Part shown: positions 26,989 through 36,755 of the stretch, piece by piece
Position numbering within the stretch: the first letter of the stretch is position 1
Layout: every line of letters starts with the position of its first letter
Origin: an uncultured Pelagibacteraceae bacterium
GTDB lineage: Bacteria; Pseudomonadota; Alphaproteobacteria; Pelagibacterales; Pelagibacteraceae
Assembly: GCA_902576115.1 (NCBI GenBank)
Contig: CACGUE010000003.1
Location: 4,712-68,711 of the forward strand
DNA: 64,000 nt
Reading direction: 5' to 3'
Notes under the pieces: generated by a model
The model's input: only the letters and a program-made list of their open reading frames with translations
What the model was told of the DNA's origin: nothing
The model's database searches: none
Program-made: the position numbers and the translations under genes

Positions 26989-27592
26989 TATCTCTAATAA
27001 TGTAAAAAACTATACCTGACATAAATATTATAATAAAAATATTTATGTATTTCCAAAAGCTTCTATTATTTAATTTGTTTGAAAAAATCTTAGATAAGTA
27101 TCCTAAAGAAAAGAAAAATAAAAAAGAAGCTATAGAAGCGCCTATTCCAAAGTAAATTTTGTTTTCAATATTAAAGGATTTTGAGAAATTTCCTAAAAAA
27201 AATACTGTATCAGAATATACGTGAGGATTTAAATATGTAAAACCTAAGGTTTTAATAAAGATATTAAATGAGCTCTGTGCTATGACATTATTTTTAAATT
27301 CTAAAGATCTAAATTTAAATATTTCTTTAATTTTTCCATAAATAAAAAAAGATAAAAAAATAATTAAAAGGATATTTAAAATCAGCTCCACTACATTATT
27401 AAAATAATAAGAAAAATAATTAAATAAAAAGATTCCTAAGAAAATTAAAATCAAATCAGATAATGCACAGATTAAGCAAACTAAAAATATATATTGTTTC
27501 TTTAGTCCTTGCTCTATTACAAAAACATTTTGTGGTCCTATTGCAAAAATTAATGTTAAGCCCGTCAAAAAACCTAAAAAAAGGAAAGACAT
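26978..27592 (-). CDS. LysE/ArgO family amino acid exporter
   Basis: AIGPQNVFVIEQGL and TYLNPHVYSDT. Confidence 0.88.
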   Translation of the reverse strand: MSFLFLGFLTGLTLIFAIGPQNVFVIEQGLKKQYIFLVCLICALSDLILIFLGIFLFNYFSYYFNNVVELILNILLIIFLSFFIYGKIKEIFKFRSLEFKNNVIAQSSFNIFIKTLGFTYLNPHVYSDTVFFLGNFSKSFNIENKIYFGIGASIASFLFFFSLGYLSKIFSNKLNNRSFWKYINIFIIIFMSGIVFYIIRDIIY

Positions 27593-27594
27593 GT

Positions 27595-28776
27595 TTAAGA
27601 AACTGATTTTTTATCAGCAACAAAACTTACTAAAATAATTAATATTAAAAAAGGTATACAAATAATATTCATCATTTTCCATCCAATAGAATTTAGTAAA
27701 ATTCCAGCAGATAAACTGGCCAAAGCCATAGTTGAAAAAACAATTAAATCATTTATCCCTTGTACTTTAAATTTTTCTTCTTTGTTATAAGTCAAAACTA
27801 CTAAGCTGGTACCTGATATAAACAAAAAATTCCAACCAAGACCTAGAAAAATTAATGAGAGCATATAATTAAGATATGTCTGTTCAAATAAACTTAAAAG
27901 AACTGTAATAAAAAAAAATAAAACTCCACCATAAATTATTGCACTGTGTCCATATTTTTTTATTAAATTACCTGTTATTAACGACGGTAAAAACATTGCA
28001 ACTACATGAAATTGTAATACTAACCCAGTTTCTTTTAAACTCATATTTTCCATAACATGCATACTTAAAGGTGTTGCTGTCATTAAAAATGACATAACTG
28101 CATAAGCAAAAGCAGCTGCAGTAATTGCTTGTAAAAATCTTGGTTGTAATACTATAGATTTTAGATTTCTTACATTTCCTTCCTTTAGACTATCCTCCTG
28201 AACATTTTCTACATTTTTAAAAAAAAATAAAAAAACTCCAGGCATAAAAGATAGGACAGATAGCAAAAGATAAGAACCAACATACAATTGATCTTGAATT
28301 AAATCTTTAGTGTAATTTGCAAGAGTTATACCTAAAAATGCAGAAACAATTCCTGCTAACAAGAGAGTAGAAACTGCTTTTGGTATTTTGTCTTTTTCAA
28401 CACTTTCAGCTGCTGCAAATCTATATTGATGATTAAATGCAGCGCCCATTCCAAGAATTAAGCAAGATAGACAAAATAAATTAAAACTTTTCTGACTAAT
28501 TGCAAAAGCAGCAAGTAGTGCTGAACAAGAACTTCCGATAGCCGCAAATACAAAACCATTTCTTCTTCCAATTTTACTCATAATATTTGCCGCTAAGACA
28601 GTGAAACTTGCTGTTCCAACTACGAATAAAGCAGTTGGTAAAGTTGATAAGGATTGATTTGAGCTAATTTGGGAACCAACTATTCCACTGAGAAATACTG
28701 TTATTGTTGCTGTGGTAAAACCAAATATCTGACTTAAAGTAAGTAAGGATAAATTTCTGTTCATTATTAGCGTCAA
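27595..28776 (-). CDS. MFS transporter
   Basis: 12-TM pattern, KIGRRNGF, QYRFAAAE, MTATPLSM, GLGWNF. Confidence 0.88.
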   Translation of the reverse strand: MTLIMNRNLSLLTLSQIFGFTTATITVFLSGIVGSQISSNQSLSTLPTALFVVGTASFTVLAANIMSKIGRRNGFVFAAIGSSCSALLAAFAISQKSFNLFCLSCLILGMGAAFNHQYRFAAAESVEKDKIPKAVSTLLLAGIVSAFLGITLANYTKDLIQDQLYVGSYLLLSVLSFMPGVFLFFFKNVENVQEDSLKEGNVRNLKSIVLQPRFLQAITAAAFAYAVMSFLMTATPLSMHVMENMSLKETGLVLQFHVVAMFLPSLITGNLIKKYGHSAIIYGGVLFFFITVLLSLFEQTYLNYMLSLIFLGLGWNFLFISGTSLVVLTYNKEEKFKVQGINDLIVFSTMALASLSAGILLNSIGWKMMNIICIPFLILIILVSFVADKKSVS

Positions 28777-28847
28777 TATATTTCTGATATTATTTAAATA
28801 TCTATATAGATGTTTTTAATTTTAATATAGAAGATATTATTTAAATT

Positions 28848-29549
28848 ATGATTGGAATATTAGGTGGGATGGGAACTCAAGCGGGCTTGGACTTTTGTAA
28901 TAAGCTTGCAAAATTAAACAGAGGGAAATTAGATCAAAAATATCCAATGTTTGTCCTTTATAATAAATCAAATACACCACGAAGAGCAGAGAATTTAAAA
29001 CAATACAAAAATGTTTTAAAAGAATTAATTGCTGGTTGTCGAATGCTGGAAAAAAATAAATGCAAGTTTATTGTAATGCCTTGTAACACAGCACATTACT
29101 GGCATGAAGATATTCAAAAAAAAATATCAGTACCATTTCTTAGTATGCCAAAAGAGGTATATTTAAACACAAAAAAAAAAATTAAGAAAAATTCAACTAT
29201 AGGATTATTATGTACTGAAGCTACTTTAGACACAAAAATCTACCACAAATATTTTGAAAAAAATTATAATTTGATAAGTCCGAGTGAAAGGTTACAAAAG
29301 AGTTCAGTAAATACTGCTATTAAATATGTGAAAAAAGGTAAAGTAAAAGATGCTGAAAAAGCTTTAAGACCAGCAGTTAAATTTTTAATGGAAAAAAAAT
29401 GTAAAAAAATAATTCTTGGTTGTACAGAACTACCAATAGCTATTTTTTCATACAAATCTTTTAAAAAAGCAAAAGGCTCTAAAATATTTGTTGATCCAAA
29501 TCTTTTGTTAGCTCAAGTGTGTATGAAAAAATACAAAAATTTAAAATAA
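28848..29549 (+). CDS. Aspartate/glutamate racemase family protein
   Basis: GILGGMG, PCNTAH and LGCTE two-cysteine motifs. Confidence 0.88.
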   Translation: MIGILGGMGTQAGLDFCNKLAKLNRGKLDQKYPMFVLYNKSNTPRRAENLKQYKNVLKELIAGCRMLEKNKCKFIVMPCNTAHYWHEDIQKKISVPFLSMPKEVYLNTKKKIKKNSTIGLLCTEATLDTKIYHKYFEKNYNLISPSERLQKSSVNTAIKYVKKGKVKDAEKALRPAVKFLMEKKCKKIILGCTELPIAIFSYKSFKKAKGSKIFVDPNLLLAQVCMKKYKNLK

Positions 29550-29552
29550 TTT

Positions 29553-30206
29553 TTAATTTTTTTTATTACAAATAAAGTATAATTTTCTTGGAAATGATCC
29601 TTCTTCAAAATACTCAATAATTAAGTTTTTAAATCCATCCGTTAAATTCAGTATTTTATCTTTAGAAAAAAAATGAATAATAAACCCGTCTATTTCGTAT
29701 AAATCTTCTCCTCTATGAATTCCTTTTTTATAGTCCCCATCATCAGTATTTCTGACTGTGTAAATATTTAATCCTCCAGGTTTTAAAATTCTATGTATTT
29801 CGCTATTAAGTTTGTCCAAATCTTTCTCGGTTAAAGCCATACAATAAAGCATATGTGAATAACAAGCATCAACTGAATTAGTTTCAAATGGTAAGTCTTC
29901 TCTTATGTCAAATTTTAATGTTGAAATTGAAGATGTTAAATTTTCTTTTTTTAATTTTTCATTGATAATTTTAATTCCATTTTCACTATAGTCTAATGCT
30001 GTCACATTTATCGAATTCTTTCCAAAGTAAATGCTATCTCTTCCTAGACCTGCTCCTAGCTCAACAATTTTAGAATAATTGTTTTCTTTGAAAATATTTA
30101 AAGCTTTTTTTGCAGGTAAACTTGGTTCTAAACCAAACATCTCAGGCTTATTTGAGAAATTAGTTTCCCAATGCTGAGATTGTCGGTTTAAAATATTTTT
30201 ATCCAA
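29553..30206 (-). CDS. Class I SAM-dependent methyltransferase
   Basis: VELGAGLGRD, ALDYS, RILKPGG. Confidence 0.88.
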   Translation of the reverse strand: MDKNILNRQSQHWETNFSNKPEMFGLEPSLPAKKALNIFKENNYSKIVELGAGLGRDSIYFGKNSINVTALDYSENGIKIINEKLKKENLTSSISTLKFDIREDLPFETNSVDACYSHMLYCMALTEKDLDKLNSEIHRILKPGGLNIYTVRNTDDGDYKKGIHRGEDLYEIDGFIIHFFSKDKILNLTDGFKNLIIEYFEEGSFPRKLYFICNKKN

Positions 30207-30207
30207 T

Positions 30208-30867
30208 TTACTTAGAAGGATCTGGAACCTTTCTTAGATAAGGTTTTACAGTTTCCCATCCATCTGGATATATTTTTTTAGCTTCGTCATCTTTAATCGC
30301 TGGCAAAATAACAACATCCTCTCCCTTTTTCCAATTAGCAGGAGTAGCTACTTTATGTTTAGCTGTTAGCTGCATAGAGTCTATTGCACGCAAAATCTCT
30401 AAAAAGTTTCTTCCAGTTGCCATAGGATATGTAAGATATAATCCAATTCTCTTATCAGGTCTGATTACAAAAATAGTTCTTACAGTTTCATTATCAACTG
30501 CAGTTCTACCCATTGAGGTTGTTCCAGCATCTGCTTCCAACATATTAAACAATTTTGCTACTTTTAAATCTTCATCAGCAATAATTGGATAATTTGGTTT
30601 TGTACCAGATACATCTTTAATATCATCTAACCATTTTTTATGATCCTCTACTCCATCAACACTTAAACCAATCACTTTTACATTTCTTTTATCAAATTCA
30701 TCTTTCATTAATCCTAAAGCACCAAGTTCTGTAGTACAAACTGGTGTAAAATCTTTAGGGTGTGAAAAAATAACTCCCCAACTATCACCTAACCATTCGT
30801 GAAAAGAAATATCTCCTTCAGTTGTTTTAGCTTGAAAATCAGGACACATACTATTTATTTTTAACAT
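30208..30867 (-). CDS. 1-Cys peroxiredoxin (Prx6)
   Basis: FSHPKDFTPVCTTE, GRNFLEILR, VATPANW. Confidence 0.93.
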   Translation of the reverse strand: MLKINSMCPDFQAKTTEGDISFHEWLGDSWGVIFSHPKDFTPVCTTELGALGLMKDEFDKRNVKVIGLSVDGVEDHKKWLDDIKDVSGTKPNYPIIADEDLKVAKLFNMLEADAGTTSMGRTAVDNETVRTIFVIRPDKRIGLYLTYPMATGRNFLEILRAIDSMQLTAKHKVATPANWKKGEDVVILPAIKDDEAKKIYPDGWETVKPYLRKVPDPSK

Positions 30868-30941
30868 TGTCTCCTCCTTATAAAAAAAATATTATATGAA
30901 AGATTGTTTTACTAAGCAAACTTTTATAAAGTTAAGTATTT

Positions 30942-31637
30942 ATGATATTTGAACAACTTTTCGATCAAAAATCTTCTACGTACACTTATATAATTGCAAG
31001 TGGTGAAGGTAGAGAAGCATTAATAATTGATCCAGTCATTGAACATTCTGATGAGTATTCAACTATTTTGAATAATTTAGATCTTAAACTTGTAAAAGTA
31101 ATTGATACTCACATTCATGCTGATCATATCTCAGCATTAAATGAATTAAATAAAAGAACAAACTGTATAAGAGTTATGGGAGAAAAATCTAAATCAGAAG
31201 TGATAGATCTAAGAATTAAAGATGGTGAAAAAATTAAAGTTGAAGAAGTTGAACTTCAAGCAATTTATACTCCTGGTCATACTGACTGCTCTTATAGTTT
31301 TTTGATGAATGATAGAGTTTTTACTGGAGATACACTTTTAATAAATGGAAGTGGTAGAACAGATTTTCAAAATGGTAATGCTTACGATGCTTATGATTCT
31401 ATATTTAATAAATTATTAAAATTACCCGAAAAAACTCTCGTATTTCCAGCTCATGATTATAATGGCAAGAAATTTTCCACTATTGAAAATGAAAAAAATA
31501 ATAATCCAAGATTACAAGTAAGCTCAAAGGAAGAATATGCGGACATAATGAATAATCTAAATCTTGCAAATCCAAAAATGATGGATGTCGCAGTACCTGC
31601 TAATGTAAAAGGGCTTACTTTAGACAATATTAATTAA
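30942..31637 (+). CDS. Persulfide dioxygenase (ETHE1/Sdo-like MBL-fold)
   Basis: SSTYTY, THIHADH, TPGHT, FTGD, GRTDFQ, PAHDY, NPRL. Confidence 0.85.
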   Translation: MIFEQLFDQKSSTYTYIIASGEGREALIIDPVIEHSDEYSTILNNLDLKLVKVIDTHIHADHISALNELNKRTNCIRVMGEKSKSEVIDLRIKDGEKIKVEEVELQAIYTPGHTDCSYSFLMNDRVFTGDTLLINGSGRTDFQNGNAYDAYDSIFNKLLKLPEKTLVFPAHDYNGKKFSTIENEKNNNPRLQVSSKEEYADIMNNLNLANPKMMDVAVPANVKGLTLDNIN

Positions 31638-31674
31638 CTTTAAATTCCAACATTAATAACTATATAGGCAGTCT

Positions 31675-32250
31675 ATGAATGACTATTTGCAATCAATTAT
31701 TGATAGGGATCCAGCAGCAAGATCTAAGTTAAGTGTAATATTAACGTACCCTGGCGTTAAGGCTGTATTTTTTCACAGAATTGCAAATTTTTTTGCTACT
31801 GCAAAATTTGATCTTATCGCAAGAATAATTTCTCAATTTTCGAGATTTTTAACTGGTATTGAAATTCATCCAAGAGCTAAGATAGGTAAAAATTTATTTA
31901 TTGATCACGGTATGGGCGTTGTTATAGGTGAAACTTCTGACATTGCAGATAACGTAACAATTTATCATATGGTTACTTTAGGTGGAATATCTCCAAGCAT
32001 AAATTCCAATGATCAAAGAGAAATTAAAAGACACCCTACTCTTCATGATAATGTAGTCGTTGGTTCGGGTGCACAGATTTTGGGGCCTGTAGTTGTAGGG
32101 AAAAATGCAAGAATTGGAGCTAATGCAGTTGTAACAAAAAATGTTCCTGAAAATGCTGTTATGGTAGGAATACCTGCTAAGAATGTTGGAACAGCAACTG
32201 AAGAATTTAAACCTTATGCTGTTACAAATGGTAATGAGGAAAAAGAATAA
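31675..32250 (+). CDS. cysE: Serine O-acetyltransferase
   Basis: [35 protein letters not shown]. Confidence 0.95.
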   Translation: MNDYLQSIIDRDPAARSKLSVILTYPGVKAVFFHRIANFFATAKFDLIARIISQFSRFLTGIEIHPRAKIGKNLFIDHGMGVVIGETSDIADNVTIYHMVTLGGISPSINSNDQREIKRHPTLHDNVVVGSGAQILGPVVVGKNARIGANAVVTKNVPENAVMVGIPAKNVGTATEEFKPYAVTNGNEEKE

Positions 32251-33251
32251 TGAAAAATTACAAGGATGATTTTATCCAATCAATTGGAAATACTCCTTTA
32301 ATAAAACTAAAAGCTGCATCTGAAATAACTGGCTGTAACATTTATGGTAAAGCCGAATATTTAAATCCAGGAGGATCTGTAAAAGACAGAGCAGCACTTG
32401 CTTTAATAAGGGATGCTGAACAAAAAAAATTAATATCTAAAGGTGGAATAATTGTAGAAGGAACTGCAGGAAACACTGGTATTGGTTTATGCCTTATTGG
32501 AAATTCACTTGGTTATAAAACGATTATTGTAATGAATGATAATCAAACTCAAGAAAAAAAAGATACATTAAGAAATATTGGTGCAGATTTAAAATTAGTT
32601 CCACCAAAACCTTATAAAGATGAAAATAACTTTGTTAAGGTTGCTGCCAGAATGGCTGAAGAGCTAAAAAGTTCAAATAATCATGGAGTTGTTTGGGCTA
32701 ACCAATTTGATAATACCGCAAACTCTAAAGGTCACTACCATACAACGGGTCCTGAGATATGGGAGCAAACGGAGGGAAAAGTTGATGGATTTGTATGTTC
32801 TTCTGGAACTGGTGGAACTATTGGTGGAGTAAGTAGTTTTTTAAAAGAAAAAAATAAAGATATAAAAATTTATCTATCAGATCCAAAGGGATCATCTCTT
32901 TACAATCACATTGAAAACGGCGAGTTAAAAGCTGAAGGTGGATCAATAACTGAGGGCATTGGATCCAGCAGAGTAACTGCTAATTTTGAAGAAGCAAAAA
33001 TAGATGGAGCTTTTTCAATTGAAGATAAAGAATCTTTGCCAATACTATATGATTTAATCAAAAATGAAGGTTTAAGTCTTGGAACAAGTTGTGGAGTAAA
33101 TATTGCAGGTGCAATTAGATTAGGGAAAAAATTAGGACCAGGTAAAACTATTGTCACTATTCTTTGCGACAAATCAGACAGATACAACTCAAAGATGTTT
33201 AATAAACCTTTTTTAATTGAAAAAGGTTTGCCTTATCCCGACTGGATATAA
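32250..33251 (+). CDS. cysK: Cysteine synthase
   Basis: IGNTPL, NPGGSVKDR, EGTAGNTG, GTGGT, TEGIG. Confidence 0.92.
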   Translation: MKNYKDDFIQSIGNTPLIKLKAASEITGCNIYGKAEYLNPGGSVKDRAALALIRDAEQKKLISKGGIIVEGTAGNTGIGLCLIGNSLGYKTIIVMNDNQTQEKKDTLRNIGADLKLVPPKPYKDENNFVKVAARMAEELKSSNNHGVVWANQFDNTANSKGHYHTTGPEIWEQTEGKVDGFVCSSGTGGTIGGVSSFLKEKNKDIKIYLSDPKGSSLYNHIENGELKAEGGSITEGIGSSRVTANFEEAKIDGAFSIEDKESLPILYDLIKNEGLSLGTSCGVNIAGAIRLGKKLGPGKTIVTILCDKSDRYNSKMFNKPFLIEKGLPYPDWI

Positions 33252-33333
33252 TCACGCATACCAGCACTGTAATAAAACCATTACATTTTTAACTTAGAAT
33301 GAATAATAATTATTTAATAATTAAAGGAATTTT

Positions 33334-33708
33334 ATGAACGCAAAAGAAGTAGTAAAAAAAGGATATGAGCTTTTTGGCAAAGGAGATATGGAGGGATTTA
33401 TGGAAATGGTACATGATGATATCACTTGGATTTATCCTGGAGATAAGCATCCAATGTCAGGAACTCATAAAGGCAAAGAAGCATATATGAAAACCATGAT
33501 GCAAGTTCCAGATCTATGGAGTAATTTTTCAGTAACCCCTGATATGATGATAAGTGAGGGGAATAAAGTGTTTGTTAAAGCAATTGCTAAGGCAGATGGC
33601 ATGGATACTATTTTTGGTCATTATTTTGAAGTAAGCGATGATGGTAAACTGACATTGTTTATTGCGTTTGACGACACATTGAGCATGTTCAATGCAATGA
33701 AAAAGTAA
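33334..33708 (+). CDS. NTF2/SnoaL-like (ketosteroid isomerase-like) protein
   Basis: YELFGKGDM, HDDITW, SGTHKGKE, EGNKVFV. Confidence 0.8.
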   Translation: MNAKEVVKKGYELFGKGDMEGFMEMVHDDITWIYPGDKHPMSGTHKGKEAYMKTMMQVPDLWSNFSVTPDMMISEGNKVFVKAIAKADGMDTIFGHYFEVSDDGKLTLFIAFDDTLSMFNAMKK

Positions 33709-33714
33709 TAGTTT

Positions 33715-33822
33715 ATGAAAAAATTATATTTTTTTTTAATTATCATATTTATGTCGAGCACAGCTTTTGCTGAACAAGGACAAGTTAAACTAATTAGCAT
33801 TTGTTCAGATTTAAATAATTGA
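33715..33822 (+). pseudogene. Signal-peptide-only ORF (35 aa), probable truncated gene
   Basis: MKKLYFFLIIIFMSSTAFA/EQGQVKLISICSDLNN-stop: complete Sec signal with AFA site and only 16 mature residues. Confidence 0.5.
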
Positions 33823-33831
33823 AAGGAAAAA

Positions 33832-34230
33832 ATGAAAAAAACAATTTTAGTATTAATATTAAGTTTATTTACAGCTAATGTTTACGCAGATAGCCATGTA
33901 AAGAGAATTCTATCAACAAGTCAAACAGGAATGGGAAATGATATTGTATACCCTTCTGGAAAAGCAAAGATAACTGCTTTTGAATTTACTGTACCTGTAG
34001 GAGCTCCAGTAACTCCTCATACGCACTCATTTCCAGTTCTAATTATGATCCAGCAAGGTAAAATTGAATTAATTCATGAAGGAAAAACCCAAGTATTCAA
34101 AGCTGGTGATGCATTTGTTGAAGATGTTGGAATTGTACACGAGTCGAAAAATATTGGAAATGTTCCAGTTAAAGCGATTGTAGTTGCAATTGGTGTCGAA
34201 GGACAGAAAATTATGACACCGGTAAAATAA
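33832..34230 (+). CDS. Exported cupin-domain protein
   Basis: Signal peptide, PHTH and AGDAFVE...VHESKN. Confidence 0.85.
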   Translation: MKKTILVLILSLFTANVYADSHVKRILSTSQTGMGNDIVYPSGKAKITAFEFTVPVGAPVTPHTHSFPVLIMIQQGKIELIHEGKTQVFKAGDAFVEDVGIVHESKNIGNVPVKAIVVAIGVEGQKIMTPVK

Positions 34231-34243
34231 AAAGGAAAAAGAA

Positions 34244-34534
34244 ATGATCATAAAAATAGAAGAAAATATAAAATCATTTTCATCTTGGATGAATATGGTA
34301 AAGGCGAATGCTGAAAAAATTAAAGGATTTGGTGCTACGATTATTTTTGCAGGTGTATCAAAAGAAGACCCTACAAAATTTACTGTAATCGTTAAGTATG
34401 CAACCATGGAAGGTTTTGAAGCATTTAAAAATGACAAAGAACTTCATGCAGCAAGAGCTGAAGCAGGCGTGGATTTAGATTCAGCAAAGGTTACACCGAT
34501 GCATGAAGATTTTATGGAAAATTTTAGTGGATAA
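34244..34534 (+). CDS. Small hypothetical protein, probable dimeric alpha-beta barrel
   Basis: 96 aa, good SD, beta-alpha-beta-beta-alpha pattern ending ARAEAGV. Confidence 0.65.
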   Translation: MIIKIEENIKSFSSWMNMVKANAEKIKGFGATIIFAGVSKEDPTKFTVIVKYATMEGFEAFKNDKELHAARAEAGVDLDSAKVTPMHEDFMENFSG

Positions 34535-34561
34535 ACAATCAATATAAAGAAAGGATAAAAT

Positions 34562-34852
34562 ATGGAAACAGAAACACTAGTAGTAGCTCATTTAAAAGAA
34601 GGTATGTTAGAAAAATTTATGGGCTTTATGCAATCAGATGCTGGTATGGCAGAAAGATCGAAAGTTGCAAATGTATCAAAAACAATTGGAACAGTTGCAC
34701 CTGACAAAAAAACAGTAATGTTTAAAATTTTTGTGACTGATAAAGCTGCTCTTAAAGCTTTTATAGATGGAAGCAATCCAGTATCAGCTCCAGTTATGAA
34801 AGAAGTTATGGAAAGTTATAGTGTCTACGAATTAAATAAAGTAGATATGTAA
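34562..34852 (+). CDS. Small hypothetical protein, probable dimeric alpha-beta barrel
   Basis: 96 aa, AAAGGA SD, ferredoxin-like periodicity. Confidence 0.65.
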   Translation: METETLVVAHLKEGMLEKFMGFMQSDAGMAERSKVANVSKTIGTVAPDKKTVMFKIFVTDKAALKAFIDGSNPVSAPVMKEVMESYSVYELNKVDM

Positions 34853-34875
34853 TAATTTTTGTAATAAGGTTTGTA

Positions 34876-35166
34876 ATGCCTTCAGGATATATCATATTAA
34901 ATATTAATGTGTTAAATCCTGAAAATTACAAAGAGTATTTGGAAAAAGCTCCTCCAACTGCTCAAATGTTTGGTGGCGAGTACATAATAAGAGGTGGCGA
35001 AAATGAAGTCATTGAAGGTGAGTGGAAATATCCAAGAACTGTTGTAATTAAATTCCCATCTTATGAAAAAGTTTTTGAGTGGTACAATTCAGAAATATAT
35101 AAACCTATCAGACAAATTAGATTAGATAATACAGTATCAAATACATTAATAATTAAAGGAGCATAA
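34876..35166 (+). CDS. DUF1330 family protein
   Basis: FGGEYIIRGG, EGEW, VVIKFPS, WYNSEIY. Confidence 0.88.
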   Translation: MPSGYIILNINVLNPENYKEYLEKAPPTAQMFGGEYIIRGGENEVIEGEWKYPRTVVIKFPSYEKVFEWYNSEIYKPIRQIRLDNTVSNTLIIKGA

Positions 35167-35177
35167 AGGAGAAAAAA

Positions 35178-35498
35178 ATGTCAATATTAGAAAAATATAG
35201 TGCTGCAATTAAAAATAAAGATGAAGCAGCAATGAACGAACTTTTGCATGATGATTTTAAATTCACAATGCATAAATCAGGGAGTGTTTTAACTAAAGGT
35301 GATGTTATCAAATGGGCAATGAGTGGTGATATCAAGCAAGATAAAACTAGAATTGTTTATGAAAATGATGAAGTTGGTGTTCACCATGCGTTCGTAACAT
35401 TTGATGATGGTAATGTAGAAGCAGTTATGGCAGTCTACAAATACAAAGATGGCAAAATGATTAGTTTAGAAACTGGCGCAACGCCAATGCCAAAATAA
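35178..35498 (+). CDS. NTF2-like small protein
   Basis: LLHDDFKF, YENDEVGV, KDGKMI..ETGAT. Confidence 0.75.
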   Translation: MSILEKYSAAIKNKDEAAMNELLHDDFKFTMHKSGSVLTKGDVIKWAMSGDIKQDKTRIVYENDEVGVHHAFVTFDDGNVEAVMAVYKYKDGKMISLETGATPMPK

Positions 35499-36095
35499 GT
35501 GAACAACATAGATTTTTATTTTTCTATTGGAAGTACTTATACTTATCTTTCGGTTACTCGAGCACTAGAAGCAGAAAAACAACATCAAATTAAGTTTAAC
35601 TGGACTCCTTTTAGTGTGAGAGCAATAATGAAAGAAATGAACAATGTTCCGTTTCCTAAAGAAAAAAAAAATAAAGTAGATTACATGTGGAGGGACATAG
35701 AAAGACGAGCAAAAAATTATGGATTTTTTGCTAAAACACCAGTCCCTTACCCTTTAACAGAATTTGATTTAGCTAATAAAATTGCAATATTAGGCTTAAA
35801 AAATAACTGGGGTGTAGATTACGTTCAGCTTACGTATAAACGATGGTTTCAAGAAGGAAAAGAGCCTGCTGTTGAACCCAACTTGAGTGAAATCTGCGAA
35901 AAACTAAACTTAGATAAAGAAAAGATTGTTTCAGAGGCAAGCTCTGAGGAAATTAATAATATTTATTTATCAAATACAGAAAAAGCTAGAAAAAATAAAA
36001 TATTTGGAAGTCCGTCATTTGTTGTAAAAAATGAAATATTCTGGGGAGATGATAGAATGGAAGATGCAATCAAATGGTCGAAGGCAAATGAATAA
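35499..36095 (+). CDS. 2-hydroxychromene-2-carboxylate isomerase / GST-kappa (DsbA-like) protein
   Basis: IDFYFSIGSTYTYL, YMWRDIERRA, FGSPSF, FWGDDR. Confidence 0.88.
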   Translation: MNNIDFYFSIGSTYTYLSVTRALEAEKQHQIKFNWTPFSVRAIMKEMNNVPFPKEKKNKVDYMWRDIERRAKNYGFFAKTPVPYPLTEFDLANKIAILGLKNNWGVDYVQLTYKRWFQEGKEPAVEPNLSEICEKLNLDKEKIVSEASSEEINNIYLSNTEKARKNKIFGSPSFVVKNEIFWGDDRMEDAIKWSKANE

Positions 36096-36423
36096 TATAA
36101 CTGCTTATATAGTTTTATTAATCGCAGTGATTCTTGGAACAGCATCTAACAGTTTTGCTAAAAGTGCTCAAGGTTTTACATTATTAACACCTAGCATAAT
36201 CACAGCAGTAACAATTGTTGGATGCATGTATACTTTGTCTTTAGTTATGAAAAGTATACCAGTTGGAATAACATATGCCTCTTTTGCAGGCTTATGTATA
36301 ATTGCAACAGCTGCTGTTGGTTTTATAAAATTTAATCAAGTACCAAATTTTTATACAATAATTGGATTGATTTTAATTATATCGGGTGTCTTAATAGTTA
36401 ACATATTAGGAACAAATAAATGA
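36088..36423 (+). CDS. SMR family transporter subunit (atypical)
   Basis: 111 aa from ATG 36088, 4 TM, KSAQGF, IPVGITYA, GLILIISGV. Confidence 0.82.
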   Translation: MNNITAYIVLLIAVILGTASNSFAKSAQGFTLLTPSIITAVTIVGCMYTLSLVMKSIPVGITYASFAGLCIIATAAVGFIKFNQVPNFYTIIGLILIISGVLIVNILGTNK

Positions 36424-36755
36424 AACCATTATCTGGTTATATTTATTTAGTATTAGCTATATCAACAGGAATTGCTGCAAATAGTTTTGCTAAAATTTCA
36501 GATGGATTTTCAAAATTAACCCCAACGATATTATCAATAGCTTTTATGTGTATAACTATGTATGGACTTGCAAAAGCTATGTCTATGATACCAGTAGGTT
36601 TTACTTATGCTACTTATAGTGGGATAACAGTGGCTGCTATTTTAGTTTTCGGAATGATTAAATATAACCAGATACCAAATATATACGGTTTAATTGGGAT
36701 TTTTTTAATTATTATTGGTGTTGTAATGGTTAATTATCTTGGAAGAATTAATTAG
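36420..36755 (+). CDS. SMR family transporter subunit (atypical)
   Basis: 111 aa, 4 TM, KISDGF, IPVGFTYA, GIFLIIIGV; ATGA overlap with its partner. Confidence 0.82.
   Translation: MKPLSGYIYLVLAISTGIAANSFAKISDGFSKLTPTILSIAFMCITMYGLAKAMSMIPVGFTYATYSGITVAAILVFGMIKYNQIPNIYGLIGIFLIIIGVVMVNYLGRIN

Noticed and set aside
33252-36755. Integron or CRISPR interpretation of the small-gene run
   Set aside because: No attC-like inverted repeats, no direct repeats, no integrase or cas genes; spacers are too short.
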